NCBI GenBank assembly: GCA_016188475.1
Contig: JACPHT010000007.1
Location: forward strand, 16,467 to 80,466
From: Candidatus Uhrbacteria bacterium
GTDB lineage: Bacteria; Patescibacteriota; Patescibacteriia; UBA9934; GWF2-40-263
Direction of reading: 5' to 3'
DNA length: 64,000 bases
The notes under the pieces were generated by a model. The model saw only the letters and a program-made list of their open reading frames with translations. It was not told the DNA's origin and did no database searches. This document shows, piece after piece, positions 1 to 9,059 of the stretch. Both the position numbers and the translations under genes were made by a program. The first letter of the stretch is position 1. The number at the start of each line of letters is the position of its first letter.

Positions 1-416
1 GCGGAACCATCTTGCATATAAATACGCCGACATGTTTTTGGATAAACATACCAGGCTTCGCCGTGTTGTTGAACCTGAAGAAGAATCTGCCCTTTAAGTT
101 TTCCGGCAAGACTATTCGAATCACAGATTGAGGACGATTTTAGCATTTCAGAAGTCGAAGACACGGACGGAATTTTCGCAAGATCACTGTCTGAAATTCC
201 CAAACTAAATTCACGCATCATTGAATATGCTGTCTCGCCGTCTTTCATGTAATAACGTTTGTTGTCAGAGCGACGAACAAACCATGCTTCGCCGTGTTGT
301 TGAACCTGAAGAAGAATTGACCCTTGAAGTTTTTTTGCAAAAGAAGTGTCGTACGCTTTAACGGAAATTGGCGCGATACTCATTAACGCCAATAAAATAA
401 AAATATAATTTTTCAT
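1..416 (-). CDS. Secreted repeat protein whose C-terminus is cut by the window edge. A signal peptide (MKNYIFILLALMSIAPISVKA) is followed by two copies of a ~55-aa module (..G.ILLQVQQHGEAW(Y/F)V...RYYM.DG..).
   Basis: Manual reverse-complement translation. The ATG at 416-414 overlaps the recJ stop (ATGA at 413-416). The N-terminus is hydrophobic. There is an internal direct DNA repeat (about 40-100 vs 285-345). Confidence 0.5.
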   Translation of the reverse strand, partial: MKNYIFILLALMSIAPISVKAYDTSFAKKLQGSILLQVQQHGEAWFVRRSDNKRYYMKDGETAYSMMREFSLGISDSDLAKIPSVSSTSEMLKSSSICDSNSLAGKLKGQILLQVQQHGEAWYVYPKTCRRIYMQDGS

Positions 417-2152
417 AAAAAAATATCAATCACGTTTAATTGCAATTCACGATTTCCGTTCCACTCGTTAACTTTAACATGAAAGGCCAAATCTATCGAC
501 TGTCCAATAGAAAAATTTTGAGCGTGATCGCCAAAACCAAACGCGATAGCTGGCAAAATTCGTCCAAATGGAGATCGAACAGAAAATTTTAGATGTTTTC
601 CTTCATTTCCGACTGCTGAAAACGAAACGAGTGATAATTCTCGCGCGCAAAAAATAGGTTCTGGATTTCCTTGTCCAAAAGGCCGACATCGTTCAATAGA
701 ATCAAACAGCGACCAATCAATTTCCTCAAGCTTTAATTCTTTTTCAATATCAAGATGCGGAATTAGATCTTCTTGTTTTATTTTTTCTAACGCAAAAGTT
801 TGAAGCGAGTCTACAACTCGTTTAAGATTTTCTTCACCTCGAATTGAGAAACCGCAAGCTTGCGGATGACCTCCAAATTTTTCCAAATGCTCGGAAACAT
901 GTTGAAGCGCGGAAGTCACGTCAAAATTTCCGAATGTTCTCCCTGACCCGACATACAAATCATCTGACTTTCCAATCACATACACCGGACGCTTGTGTTC
1001 GTTCACAAGTTTCCCAGCAACAAGCCCGACAAGACCTGGTGACCAGGAATCAGAAACAGCAATCAAAAGATTTGTGAGAGGTTGAGTTGATAAAAACACT
1101 TTCGCTTCGTCAAACATTTGTGAAGATTGACGCTGACGTTCTTTGTTTGTTTCTTGCAGACGCATAGCAAATTCTGTTGCTTGTGTTTCATTTTCTGCTA
1201 ATAACAAATCCAAGGCCTCTGTTGCGTGATTGATTCGTCCTGCCGCGTTCAATCGAGGTCCAATTTGAAAACCGATCGAATTTGTATCAAGCGTTCCAAA
1301 TGTTCCGCCGGAAATATCAATTAGTTTTTTCAAACCGATTCGTTGTGTTTTATTCAAAACTATAAGTCCGTACATTTCCAGTAATCGATTTTCTCCTAAA
1401 AGCGGCATCACATCTGTCACAGTTGCGATAGCGACAAGATCAAGCAACCATCTTTCAAACCCTTCGGAAATTTTTGAGCCGCGTTTGCGCGCATCTTCAT
1501 ATAACGAACACGCAAGTTTGAACGCAACACCTGTTCCACACAAAAATTTGTTTGGATATGTTTCACTGTCAATATGCGGGTGAATAATTATTGTTTGATC
1601 GGGAATTTCTTCTGGAACAGAATGATGATCACAAATTATTGTTTCGATACCAAAAATTTTCGCGTGATCAATCGCTTGCTTGTTACTGATTCCACAATCA
1701 ACTGTGATGATAAGTTTTGTATTCTCGTGCGTGTTCAAATGCTCAACAGTTTCAACAGATAAACCATATCCTTCTCTTTCACGATGTGGAATATATGAAG
1801 TTACAAGTTTTTCATCAAAGGATAAAGCTCGACACAAATCGCGTAAACATATCAACAAAAGCGCGGTTCCACAAACACCATCAGCGTCATAATCGCCATG
1901 GATAGTTATTGTTTCCCCATGTTCAAACGCGTAAAAAATTCTTTGCACCGCTTCATTCATCTGACTAAACAAAGTTGGAGCGTGAATATCACGCGTCCAG
2001 TCAGGGCTTAAATATAAATCGATCTCTTCCTGTGTTCTCAAATTTCGATTCCACAACAATTGCAAAAGAACCGGATGAATTTCCGGGAATTGTTGCTTTA
2101 TTTCCTCACTTATAGAATCAACAACTTGCCAAATTGATTTCTTGTGATTCAC
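413..2152 (-). CDS. recJ: Single-stranded-DNA-specific exonuclease RecJ (DHH/DHHA1). It uses a GTG start.
   Basis: Motifs HGDYDADGVCGTALL, DCGISN, ICDHHSVP and GGHPQACG. Length is 579 aa. Confidence 0.85.
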   Translation of the reverse strand: MNHKKSIWQVVDSISEEIKQQFPEIHPVLLQLLWNRNLRTQEEIDLYLSPDWTRDIHAPTLFSQMNEAVQRIFYAFEHGETITIHGDYDADGVCGTALLLICLRDLCRALSFDEKLVTSYIPHREREGYGLSVETVEHLNTHENTKLIITVDCGISNKQAIDHAKIFGIETIICDHHSVPEEIPDQTIIIHPHIDSETYPNKFLCGTGVAFKLACSLYEDARKRGSKISEGFERWLLDLVAIATVTDVMPLLGENRLLEMYGLIVLNKTQRIGLKKLIDISGGTFGTLDTNSIGFQIGPRLNAAGRINHATEALDLLLAENETQATEFAMRLQETNKERQRQSSQMFDEAKVFLSTQPLTNLLIAVSDSWSPGLVGLVAGKLVNEHKRPVYVIGKSDDLYVGSGRTFGNFDVTSALQHVSEHLEKFGGHPQACGFSIRGEENLKRVVDSLQTFALEKIKQEDLIPHLDIEKELKLEEIDWSLFDSIERCRPFGQGNPEPIFCARELSLVSFSAVGNEGKHLKFSVRSPFGRILPAIAFGFGDHAQNFSIGQSIDLAFHVKVNEWNGNRELQLNVIDIFL

Positions 2153-2253
2153 AAACCAAGTCCAACTAAGATACTAAATAAAACCATTGAAAGAATCACG
2201 ATAATAATAACAATCGTCCAAAACACACGTAACTTTTTTTGTTGCATACTTTT

Positions 2254-4053
2254 CTATTCACGTTTTAACACTTTTAGATAAGCGTCAGTTGGAATGTTCA
2301 CTGTTCCTTTTCCAATTTCTGCCATTTTTGCTTTTCCCTTTTTTTGTTTTTCCAAAAGTTTTCGTTTGCGTGTAACATCACCTCCGTATAATTTTGCAGT
2401 AACATCTTTACTTATTGCGGATATTCGCTCTGACGCGACAATTTTTCCACCGATACTCGCTTGAAGTTTGATCACAAAATTTTCTCTTGGAATAGTGTCT
2501 TTCAAAACATTCAACACTCGTCGTCCTGTTCGTTGCGCTTCATTTCGATAAACAAGAATCGCGAACGCATCAACAGGTTCTTCGGCAACTAAAATATCCA
2601 TTCTCACGACATCCGCGTCTCGATATCCAATCAATTCGTAATTCATTGATCCGTAGCCAGCAGTCGCGCCTTTAAGTTTGTCATAAAAATCCACGATGAT
2701 CATTGAAAGCGGAATTTCGTAATGCAAAATCGCGCGCTCTCCAAGAAGATATTCCGTGTTTTTATAGACTCCGCGTCTCTCTTGCACAAGGTTCATTATT
2801 CCGCCGATATATTCTGATGGGCTGACAATGTCCATTTTCACCCACGGCTCCTCGATTTTTTCCACAAACGATTGGTCAGGAAGTTCCAATGGACTTTTGA
2901 TTGTTTTCGTTTCACTGTTTCGTAAAACAACTCGATAAGCAACTGACGGAACAGTTACGACTAATTCAAGACCGAATTCACGCTCCAAACGCTCTTTGAG
3001 AATTTCCAAATGCAACATTCCAAGAAGTCCAGCGCGAAATCCATATCCAAGCGCTGGTGAATGTTCGGATTCATAAACAAGTGAAGAGTCGTTCAATTTC
3101 AAACGTTCGATCGCTTCGCGCAAACGGTGAAAATCATCTCCTTCTTTTGGAAAAACTCCGGCATAAACCATTGGACGAACTTCTTTGTATCCTGCAAGTG
3201 CTGAAACGTTTGCGTTTCGATCAGTGATTGTGTCCCCGACTCGACAACTTCCAATTTCTTTCAATCCGCTTACCATATATCCAATTTGTCCGCATTCCAA
3301 AATTGGCGACGATTTCAAACCACCCGGTGTAACTGCCCCAACTTCTAAAACCTCGAAAGTTTTGTCAGTGGCAATCATTCGGACCAATGCGCCCTTTTTT
3401 ATTTCTCCGTCCATTACTCGAATGTATGCCATGACTCCACGATAGTCATCGTAAAAAGAATCAAAAATTAACGCGCGAGTTGGAGCGTCTTTTTTCCCAG
3501 ATGGCGGAGGAATTCGATTCACGATATCTTGCAACAACGATTCAACTCCCTGACCTGTTTTTCCGCTCACGCACAAAATTTCTTCTGGTTTGCATCCAAG
3601 AAGTTGCACAAGCTCTTCTTTTCTGCGATCAACATCAGCAGCTGGAAGATCAATTTTGTTAAGAACTGGAATTATCGTAAGTTCCTCTTCAAGCGCGAGA
3701 TATAAATTGCCGATTGTTTGAGCTTGAATGCCTTGTGTTGAGTCAACAAGAAGAACTGCGCCTTCAACAGCCGCAAGTGAACGAGAAACTTCGTAGTTGA
3801 AATCAACGTGGCCAGGAGTGTCTATAAGATTCAAAATGGTACCTTTCCATTGCATTCTTGCTGGCGCGAGTTTAATTGTGATTCCCTTTTCACGTTCAAG
3901 ATCCATGGAATCCAAAATCTGTTCTTTCATGTTTCGCTTATCAACTGTACCTGTAATTTCAAGCAACCGATCCGCAAGTGTGGATTTTCCATGATCAATG
4001 TGTGCAATAATGCAGAAGTTGCGAATGTTAGATTGATCGGACATAGAGTTCAT
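2254..4053 (-). CDS. lepA: Elongation factor 4 (LepA).
   Basis: N-terminal G-domain with IIAHIDHGKSTLADRLL and DTPGHVDF. The C-terminal region is LepA-specific. Length is 599 aa. Confidence 0.9.
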   Translation of the reverse strand: MNSMSDQSNIRNFCIIAHIDHGKSTLADRLLEITGTVDKRNMKEQILDSMDLEREKGITIKLAPARMQWKGTILNLIDTPGHVDFNYEVSRSLAAVEGAVLLVDSTQGIQAQTIGNLYLALEEELTIIPVLNKIDLPAADVDRRKEELVQLLGCKPEEILCVSGKTGQGVESLLQDIVNRIPPPSGKKDAPTRALIFDSFYDDYRGVMAYIRVMDGEIKKGALVRMIATDKTFEVLEVGAVTPGGLKSSPILECGQIGYMVSGLKEIGSCRVGDTITDRNANVSALAGYKEVRPMVYAGVFPKEGDDFHRLREAIERLKLNDSSLVYESEHSPALGYGFRAGLLGMLHLEILKERLEREFGLELVVTVPSVAYRVVLRNSETKTIKSPLELPDQSFVEKIEEPWVKMDIVSPSEYIGGIMNLVQERRGVYKNTEYLLGERAILHYEIPLSMIIVDFYDKLKGATAGYGSMNYELIGYRDADVVRMDILVAEEPVDAFAILVYRNEAQRTGRRVLNVLKDTIPRENFVIKLQASIGGKIVASERISAISKDVTAKLYGGDVTRKRKLLEKQKKGKAKMAEIGKGTVNIPTDAYLKVLKRE

Positions 4054-4242
4054 TCATATTTTCTTTCTTACACCATCTCAGCCATCGTTTGTTGCAGTAG
4101 AGACAGACGGGACTCCTTTTTCTTGGCCTTCATGCAGAACCAGCGGCAGAAAAAGTGTCCCGTAACTGTCTCTTGTGAACCTAAAGTAGTTAACTGATTT
4201 GCTTGAGGCTAAAGAGAAAGGTTTTTACAGATTTCTAAGTAT

Positions 4243-5610
4243 CTATATTTCGTACTTCTCTTGAAACTCTGGAATAACAACTTCGGTTTTCAATTCGTGG
4301 CGAAGATGTGTCGCAAATACTTCTTTTGCTTCCAAATCGCCATGCACAAGAAAAACCTTTTTTGGAATTTTACCATCTTCAGGATTCAACCATCGCGTGA
4401 GTTTGTTCATATCTCCATGAGCAGAAAAAGCTCCGATTGCTATTGTTCGAGCGTTTACTCTTACTTCTTCTCCAAAAATTATCACACGTTTCGCGCCTTC
4501 GTAAATTTTCCTTCCAATTGTTCCTTTGGCTTGAAAACCGATGATCAGAAGGGTTGTTTTTTGATCAGAAAGATACCGAATTAAGTGGTGCATAATCCGG
4601 CCGCCAGACATCATGCCAGAACCTGCGACAATAACTTTTGGCGCAGGTGTGTCATTGATTTTTTTTGATTCTTCAACCGTCAAAGTTTCGCGCAAATTTT
4701 TAAAACTGAAAAAATCTCGATCCGATTCCTTCAAAATCGATTCATCAAATTCCAAATACTCTTTGAAGTCGCGGTAAAGTTGCGTTGCGCGGATCGCCAT
4801 TGGACTGTCAAGGAAAATCGGACAATTCGTAACAAGATCGTGTTCGAGAATTTGATTGAGCGCGTATAAAAGTTCTTGAGTACGCTCAATCGAAAATGCT
4901 GGGATAAGAAGAACTGATCGATCTTTGAGCGTTTGTTCGATCGCGGCTTTCAACTTGGACTCACGTTCACTCACTGGTTCGTGAACTCGATGTCCGTAAG
5001 TTGATTCACAAATAACAACGTCAGCGTGTGAAATCGCTTCAGTGTCAGGCAAAATTGGAACATCATCATTTCCAATATCACCTGAAAAAACAACTCGCTT
5101 TCCTTCTGCTTCAACTGAAATGAACGCGGAACCGAGCACATGTCCAGCTTCGTGGAACATAATTGATATACCCGGTGCAATATCAAGTTGTTCGTGATAG
5201 TTAACGCCTTTAACTGAATCAAACGCATTTAACAAATCTTCCATTTCATACAAAATAGAACTTCCGCATTTTTCAGCTTCCTCCTTCATGATGTGATGCG
5301 CATCTTCAAGAACGAGTTTGCTCAAACCAATGCACGGATGAGTCATGTAAATAGGACCGTGAAATCCTGCTTTGAAAAGTTTTGGCAAACGACCAGTGTG
5401 ATCTGCGTGCGGATGTGTTACAAAAACCGCTTCAACTTGTTTTGCATCAAAACCAAATGGTTCGAAGTTTTTGCCGCCGCATAAATGTTCACCTTGGAAC
5501 ATTCCGCAATCAATTAAAAATTGATGCTCTTTTTTGTTTGAATCAAGAGTTCGCAATAAAAAACACGAACCTGTTACTTCACGGGCAGCTCCGTGGAACG
5601 ATAATTCCAT
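4243..5610 (-). CDS. Metallo-beta-lactamase / beta-CASP RNA-metabolising hydrolase (RNase J-like).
   Basis: HxHxDH motif (VTHPHADHTG) in an MBL fold, followed by a beta-CASP-like region. Length is 455 aa. Confidence 0.6.
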   Translation of the reverse strand: MELSFHGAAREVTGSCFLLRTLDSNKKEHQFLIDCGMFQGEHLCGGKNFEPFGFDAKQVEAVFVTHPHADHTGRLPKLFKAGFHGPIYMTHPCIGLSKLVLEDAHHIMKEEAEKCGSSILYEMEDLLNAFDSVKGVNYHEQLDIAPGISIMFHEAGHVLGSAFISVEAEGKRVVFSGDIGNDDVPILPDTEAISHADVVICESTYGHRVHEPVSERESKLKAAIEQTLKDRSVLLIPAFSIERTQELLYALNQILEHDLVTNCPIFLDSPMAIRATQLYRDFKEYLEFDESILKESDRDFFSFKNLRETLTVEESKKINDTPAPKVIVAGSGMMSGGRIMHHLIRYLSDQKTTLLIIGFQAKGTIGRKIYEGAKRVIIFGEEVRVNARTIAIGAFSAHGDMNKLTRWLNPEDGKIPKKVFLVHGDLEAKEVFATHLRHELKTEVVIPEFQEKYEI

Positions 5611-6017
5611 ATTGATAAAACTAAAATCGCGAGAATGATTGTTTGCGAACTAATACAAATCAAACACCAGGTTTTCAAAACAAAAAGCTCAATCCCTGTC
5701 AGATATAAACTGAACAACAGACCGCCAATGGAAGCTAAAAGAATAAATCTATCAATAGAGCGATCTGTTGGATTGCGAAGCGAAAGAAACCCTCCGATTG
5801 CAAGAAACAAATATCCGATCACACCAATAAGCGAAACTGGAATTCCAACAATTTGTGAATACGGACCTTTGTTAACGATGTCGCAATCAAACGTGCTGTT
5901 TATTGAACAAAATTTTCCTGACGCAAATCCTGCATTGTGAAAAAACGCGTAAAGAGAAATTGTCACGCCGATGAGCGACAAAATAATTATCATTTTCATT
6001 CTCGAAGTTTTTGACAT
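5574..6017 (-). CDS. VKOR-like (vitamin K epoxide reductase family) integral membrane protein.
   Basis: A four-TM protein with a loop Cys pair (CSINSTFDC) and a CxxC (CLIC) at the start of the last TM. It overlaps the upstream gene's 3' end, so the true start may be the downstream Met MKMIIIL. Confidence 0.55.
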   Translation of the reverse strand: MSKTSRMKMIIILSLIGVTISLYAFFHNAGFASGKFCSINSTFDCDIVNKGPYSQIVGIPVSLIGVIGYLFLAIGGFLSLRNPTDRSIDRFILLASIGGLLFSLYLTGIELFVLKTWCLICISSQTIILAILVLSIWNYRSTELPVK

Positions 6018-6118
6018 ATGACTCCGTGACTACATTGACTTCACGACTATTTTGACTAAATTGACCCTTGACTCCCTTTACTATATTGACTCCATCGACT
6101 CCATTGACTTTATTGACT

Positions 6119-6514
6119 TCATTGACTTGCCTTCTCCGGCAACTCACATTGACTTTTCTCTGCCAATTCGTCAAGCGATCTTTCGCCTGTTAGTCTGCTT
6201 CCGTCAGCAAATTCCCAAGTCGGATATCCCTCAATTCCAGCGTCTTTGCATTCTTGATTCATTGCTTTTGAACCAGGGAGAGAACATTCAATGTAACTGA
6301 CTTTACCAAACGCCCCTTCAAATAATTTTTTCTGATTCTGACAATGCGGACACCACCATGCGCCGTACATTTTCACATTTTGTTCTGTCAGACATTGTGC
6401 AAAAGAGTCGTATCTGGATGGTCCGGAGTTTTGTTTTATAACGACTACCATCAAAACAACTACAACGATCGCCGCGACGATATAAAGAATAGACGACGAA
6501 TTTAACTTTATCAT
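6119..6514 (-). CDS. Membrane-anchored thioredoxin-fold protein (CPHC active site), the likely redox partner of the adjacent VKOR.
   Basis: WWCPHCQ motif. The start is reassigned to MIKLNSS (the ATG whose reverse complement lies at 6514-6512). The longer ORF-track N-terminus (6515-6712) reads through a repeat region and overlaps dus. Confidence 0.55.
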   Translation of the reverse strand: MIKLNSSSILYIVAAIVVVVLMVVVIKQNSGPSRYDSFAQCLTEQNVKMYGAWWCPHCQNQKKLFEGAFGKVSYIECSLPGSKAMNQECKDAGIEGYPTWEFADGSRLTGERSLDELAEKSQCELPEKASQ

Positions 6515-6575
6515 ATTGCTAAGAGTATACCTTATCCTTGAACATTTGCCATTCTTCCTGTATCTTCCTTTCGTT

Positions 6576-7610
6576 ATGATATTAGACTGGAAAAAGTTGA
6601 AACGTCCGATTCTCGCACTTGCGCCAATGGCCGACATGACTGACTCGGCGTTTTGTCGTACTGTGATGGGAGTAACAGAGTCAAAAAAGTCAATAGAGTC
6701 AATGGAGATCACTGAGCCAGCTATATTGACTCATTTGACTCCTTTGACTCCAAGACTAATCGTCTTCCGCGAAATGGTTTCCTCGGAAGCCGTTGTTCGT
6801 GAAAACAAAAAAACGATCAACATGACAACAATCAATCCAGTTGAACGTCCGATTGTGCAACAACTATTTGGAAGTGATCCTGACGTGATGGCCGAAGCCG
6901 CGCGAAAAATTGAGGAAGAACATTATCCTGAAGGTTTTGACATCAACATGGGTTGTCCGGTTTATAAAATCGTCCACAACTTCAACGGAGCCGCTTTGAT
7001 GAACGAACCGGATCGCGCAACAGAGATTGTAAAAAAAATGAAAGCCGCGGTTTCAGTTCCTGTGTCGGTGAAAATCAGAACTGGCTGGTCAGATTCAAAA
7101 CAGTGTTTGGAGTTTGCTCGCGTGCTAGAAAATGCAGGAGCTGATATGATAACGGTTCATGGTCGTACAAAAATACAAGGATATTCTGGCAAATCAGATT
7201 GGGATCGAATTCGCGAAGTCAAACAGCGAGTTTCGATTCCGGTTTTGGCAAATGGAGATATCCACACAGCTGAATTGACTTTGAAGGCGCTTGAGCAAAC
7301 TGGTTGCGATGGAGTCTCAATTGCTCGTGGAGCGCTTGGCAATCCATGGATATTTCAGCAAATATCTGAAATGTTGGATGGAAAAACTTCGACTCCTGTT
7401 TCTTGGAATAAACGGGTCGAGGTGATGAAAACACACTTTGCTTTTCACATTGAACAATATGGCGAGCGAGGCGTTTCAACTTTTCGCAAACATGTAAGTT
7501 GGTATTTACGAGGAATTGCTGGAGCAAAAAAATATAAAGAAAAACTTCATATTGTAAAAACGGTTGAAGAAGTTAATTTTATTTTGGATGAGATGAAAGA
7601 TAAAATATGA
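6576..7610 (+). CDS. dus: tRNA-dihydrouridine synthase (Dus). It carries a ~24-aa low-complexity insertion encoded by a palindromic 9-bp repeat.
   Basis: LAPMADMTDSAF and HGRT... motifs in a TIM-barrel flavoenzyme pattern. The start is reassigned to the ATG at 6576 (MILDWKK). Confidence 0.8.
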   Translation: MILDWKKLKRPILALAPMADMTDSAFCRTVMGVTESKKSIESMEITEPAILTHLTPLTPRLIVFREMVSSEAVVRENKKTINMTTINPVERPIVQQLFGSDPDVMAEAARKIEEEHYPEGFDINMGCPVYKIVHNFNGAALMNEPDRATEIVKKMKAAVSVPVSVKIRTGWSDSKQCLEFARVLENAGADMITVHGRTKIQGYSGKSDWDRIREVKQRVSIPVLANGDIHTAELTLKALEQTGCDGVSIARGALGNPWIFQQISEMLDGKTSTPVSWNKRVEVMKTHFAFHIEQYGERGVSTFRKHVSWYLRGIAGAKKYKEKLHIVKTVEEVNFILDEMKDKI

Positions 7611-8476
7611 AAATTGGAATTTTAATTTTTTCAGATCCAGCGCTTGATAACTATACTGGGGTTGCTCGACTTGAAGAAACAGCACAAGTGTTAGGTCATG
7701 CAGTGTTTCGTCTCTACGAACCAAATTTTTCGCTTTGTGGAGACGAGCTTTTATACGATGGAAAACAAATGCCAGACGTTGACGTGATCATTTCACGTCC
7801 GAACTTCATCGAAGAACCAAGTTTGCATTTTTATGTTGTCAACACTTTGATTGAAAACGGATACAAGGTTTTGAATGGAAAACCATCATTTGCGATCGCG
7901 AAAAATAAAATCGAACAACTATGTGTGTTTCAAAAAAAAGGATTTCCTTATCCGAAAAGTTTCATAACAAAAAATCCTGAAAGCGCGCTTAAAGCCGCAA
8001 AACAAATTGGTTTTCCTGTTGTCATCAAAGTTGCGTTTGGAACAATTGGAAAAGGAGTTTTCTACGCGCCGAATCAGGAAACGTTTGGACCGATAGTTGA
8101 GTATCTAGCGATCCGAGATCGAAATCCAGTAATCGTACAAGAGTTTATTAAAGAGGCTGATCGAAAAGATTTACGTGTGTTTATTGTTGGAGAAAAAATT
8201 GTCGCGTCAATGGAAAGGTGCGCGCCAGAAGGAGACGTGCGTGCGAATACAAGTAATGGTGGAACAGGAACACCAGTGACACTAACGGATCAAGAACAAA
8301 AGTTGGCCATACAAGTTGCAACAGTGTTTGATTTGGATATTATCGGAATTGATCTTATTCGTTCAAATCGCGGACCGCTTGTTTTGGAAGTAAATTCAAA
8401 CCCCGGATTTAGCGAGCTTGAACGCGCGACTGGAATTGATGTTGCTAAAGCGATTATCGAATTTGCTGTGTCATAA
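7607..8476 (+). CDS. rimK: RimK-like ATP-grasp ligase (alpha-L-glutamate ligase family).
   Basis: ATP-grasp motifs (VVIKVAFGTIGKGV, DLRVFIVGEKIV, IGIDLIRSNRGPLVLEVNSNPGF). It overlaps the dus stop by 4 bp. Confidence 0.7.
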   Translation: MKIGILIFSDPALDNYTGVARLEETAQVLGHAVFRLYEPNFSLCGDELLYDGKQMPDVDVIISRPNFIEEPSLHFYVVNTLIENGYKVLNGKPSFAIAKNKIEQLCVFQKKGFPYPKSFITKNPESALKAAKQIGFPVVIKVAFGTIGKGVFYAPNQETFGPIVEYLAIRDRNPVIVQEFIKEADRKDLRVFIVGEKIVASMERCAPEGDVRANTSNGGTGTPVTLTDQEQKLAIQVATVFDLDIIGIDLIRSNRGPLVLEVNSNPGFSELERATGIDVAKAIIEFAVS

Positions 8477-8496
8477 TGGCTAATGGCTAATGGCCC

Positions 8497-8526
8497 AAAA
8501 ACAAAAAGCAGGCCAAGTTGGCCTGC
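8497..8526 (-). terminator. Rho-independent terminator (CAGGCCAA-CTT-GGCCTG followed by TTTTTGTTTTT on the minus strand).
   Basis: Read directly from the sequence. Confidence 0.6.
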
Positions 8527-8551
8527 ATATAGAACGTGACAAGAAGAGGGT

Positions 8552-8695
8552 CTAGCCATTCTTGCGTTTGGTTTTGATGTGCCCGCGGAACTCCTTCCGC
8601 GCAGACCGCCCCATTCCGTGCCTGGTCTTGGCGACATGGTGCATCATCCGATCCGGATTGTTGGTACGGTACTGGCACTGAACGCACTGCTTCAT
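8552..8695 (-). CDS. Candidate 47-aa basic Cys/His-rich small protein (MKQCVQCQYRTNNPDRMMHHVAKTRHGMGRSARKEFRGHIKTKRKNG).
   Basis: Not in the ORF track because it is under 60 aa. An AAGGAG site sits 6 nt upstream of the ATG, and a rho-independent terminator follows immediately downstream. The segment is locally GC-rich. Confidence 0.35.
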   Translation of the reverse strand: MKQCVQCQYRTNNPDRMMHHVAKTRHGMGRSARKEFRGHIKTKRKNG

Positions 8696-8814
8696 CTGTT
8701 GCTCCTTTGTAGAGAAGATTCATCTGCGCCTGTCGCAGATTAGCCTGAATAGGCTATCAGAATTTACATATTTTGTCAATAATGATAGATTTGGGTCGTA
8801 ATTTGAGACACTAT

Positions 8815-8888
8815 TCCGGGGTCGTCTAGCGGCAGGACATGTGCCTCTGGAGCACAGAACCGTGGTTCGAGTCCACGCCCCGGAACCA
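8815..8888 (+). tRNA. tRNA-Gln, anticodon CUG.
   Basis: Manual cloverleaf fold. The acceptor stem is UCCGGGG/CCCCGGA. The D-stem is GUCU/AGGAC-type. The anticodon stem is UGUGC/GCACA with loop CU-CUG-GA. The T-arm is CGUGG-UUCGAGU-CCACG. Discriminator is A and a CCA is encoded. Confidence 0.85.
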
Positions 8889-8923
8889 AAATATCCTGTT
8901 CACTAAGTGAACAGGATATTTTT
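8889..8923 (+). terminator. Hairpin terminator after the tRNA (AAATATCCTGTTCAC-TAA-GTGAACAGGATATTTTT).
   Basis: Perfect 15-bp stem followed by a T-run. Confidence 0.6.
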
Positions 8924-8931
8924 GATGAAAA

Positions 8932-8959
8932 CACTTAACTACCGATCGGGAGTTAAGTG
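8932..8959. repeat. Palindrome family copy 1 (CACTTAACTACCGATCGGGAGTTAAGTG).
   Basis: 28-bp dyad related to the copies at 9060-9093 and 33801-33834. Confidence 0.7.
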
Positions 8960-9059
8960 AAAATGAATAAATTAAAATCTGTTTCTCCACAATTGATATA
9001 TTGAGATAAATTATAGATAAAAACTTTAAATTATACTGTTAATTTGAAAATACACAGAA

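Noticed and set aside
8480-8810. Known structured ncRNA (tmRNA, RNase P RNA, SRP RNA, 6S) in the GC-rich segment next to tRNA-Gln
   Set aside because: I could not find diagnostic motifs by eye. These include a tRNA-like 3' end with CCA, the RNase P P4 sequences, and the SRP domain IV GGAA/AGCAG loop. A small ORF with an RBS and a terminator explains the segment better.
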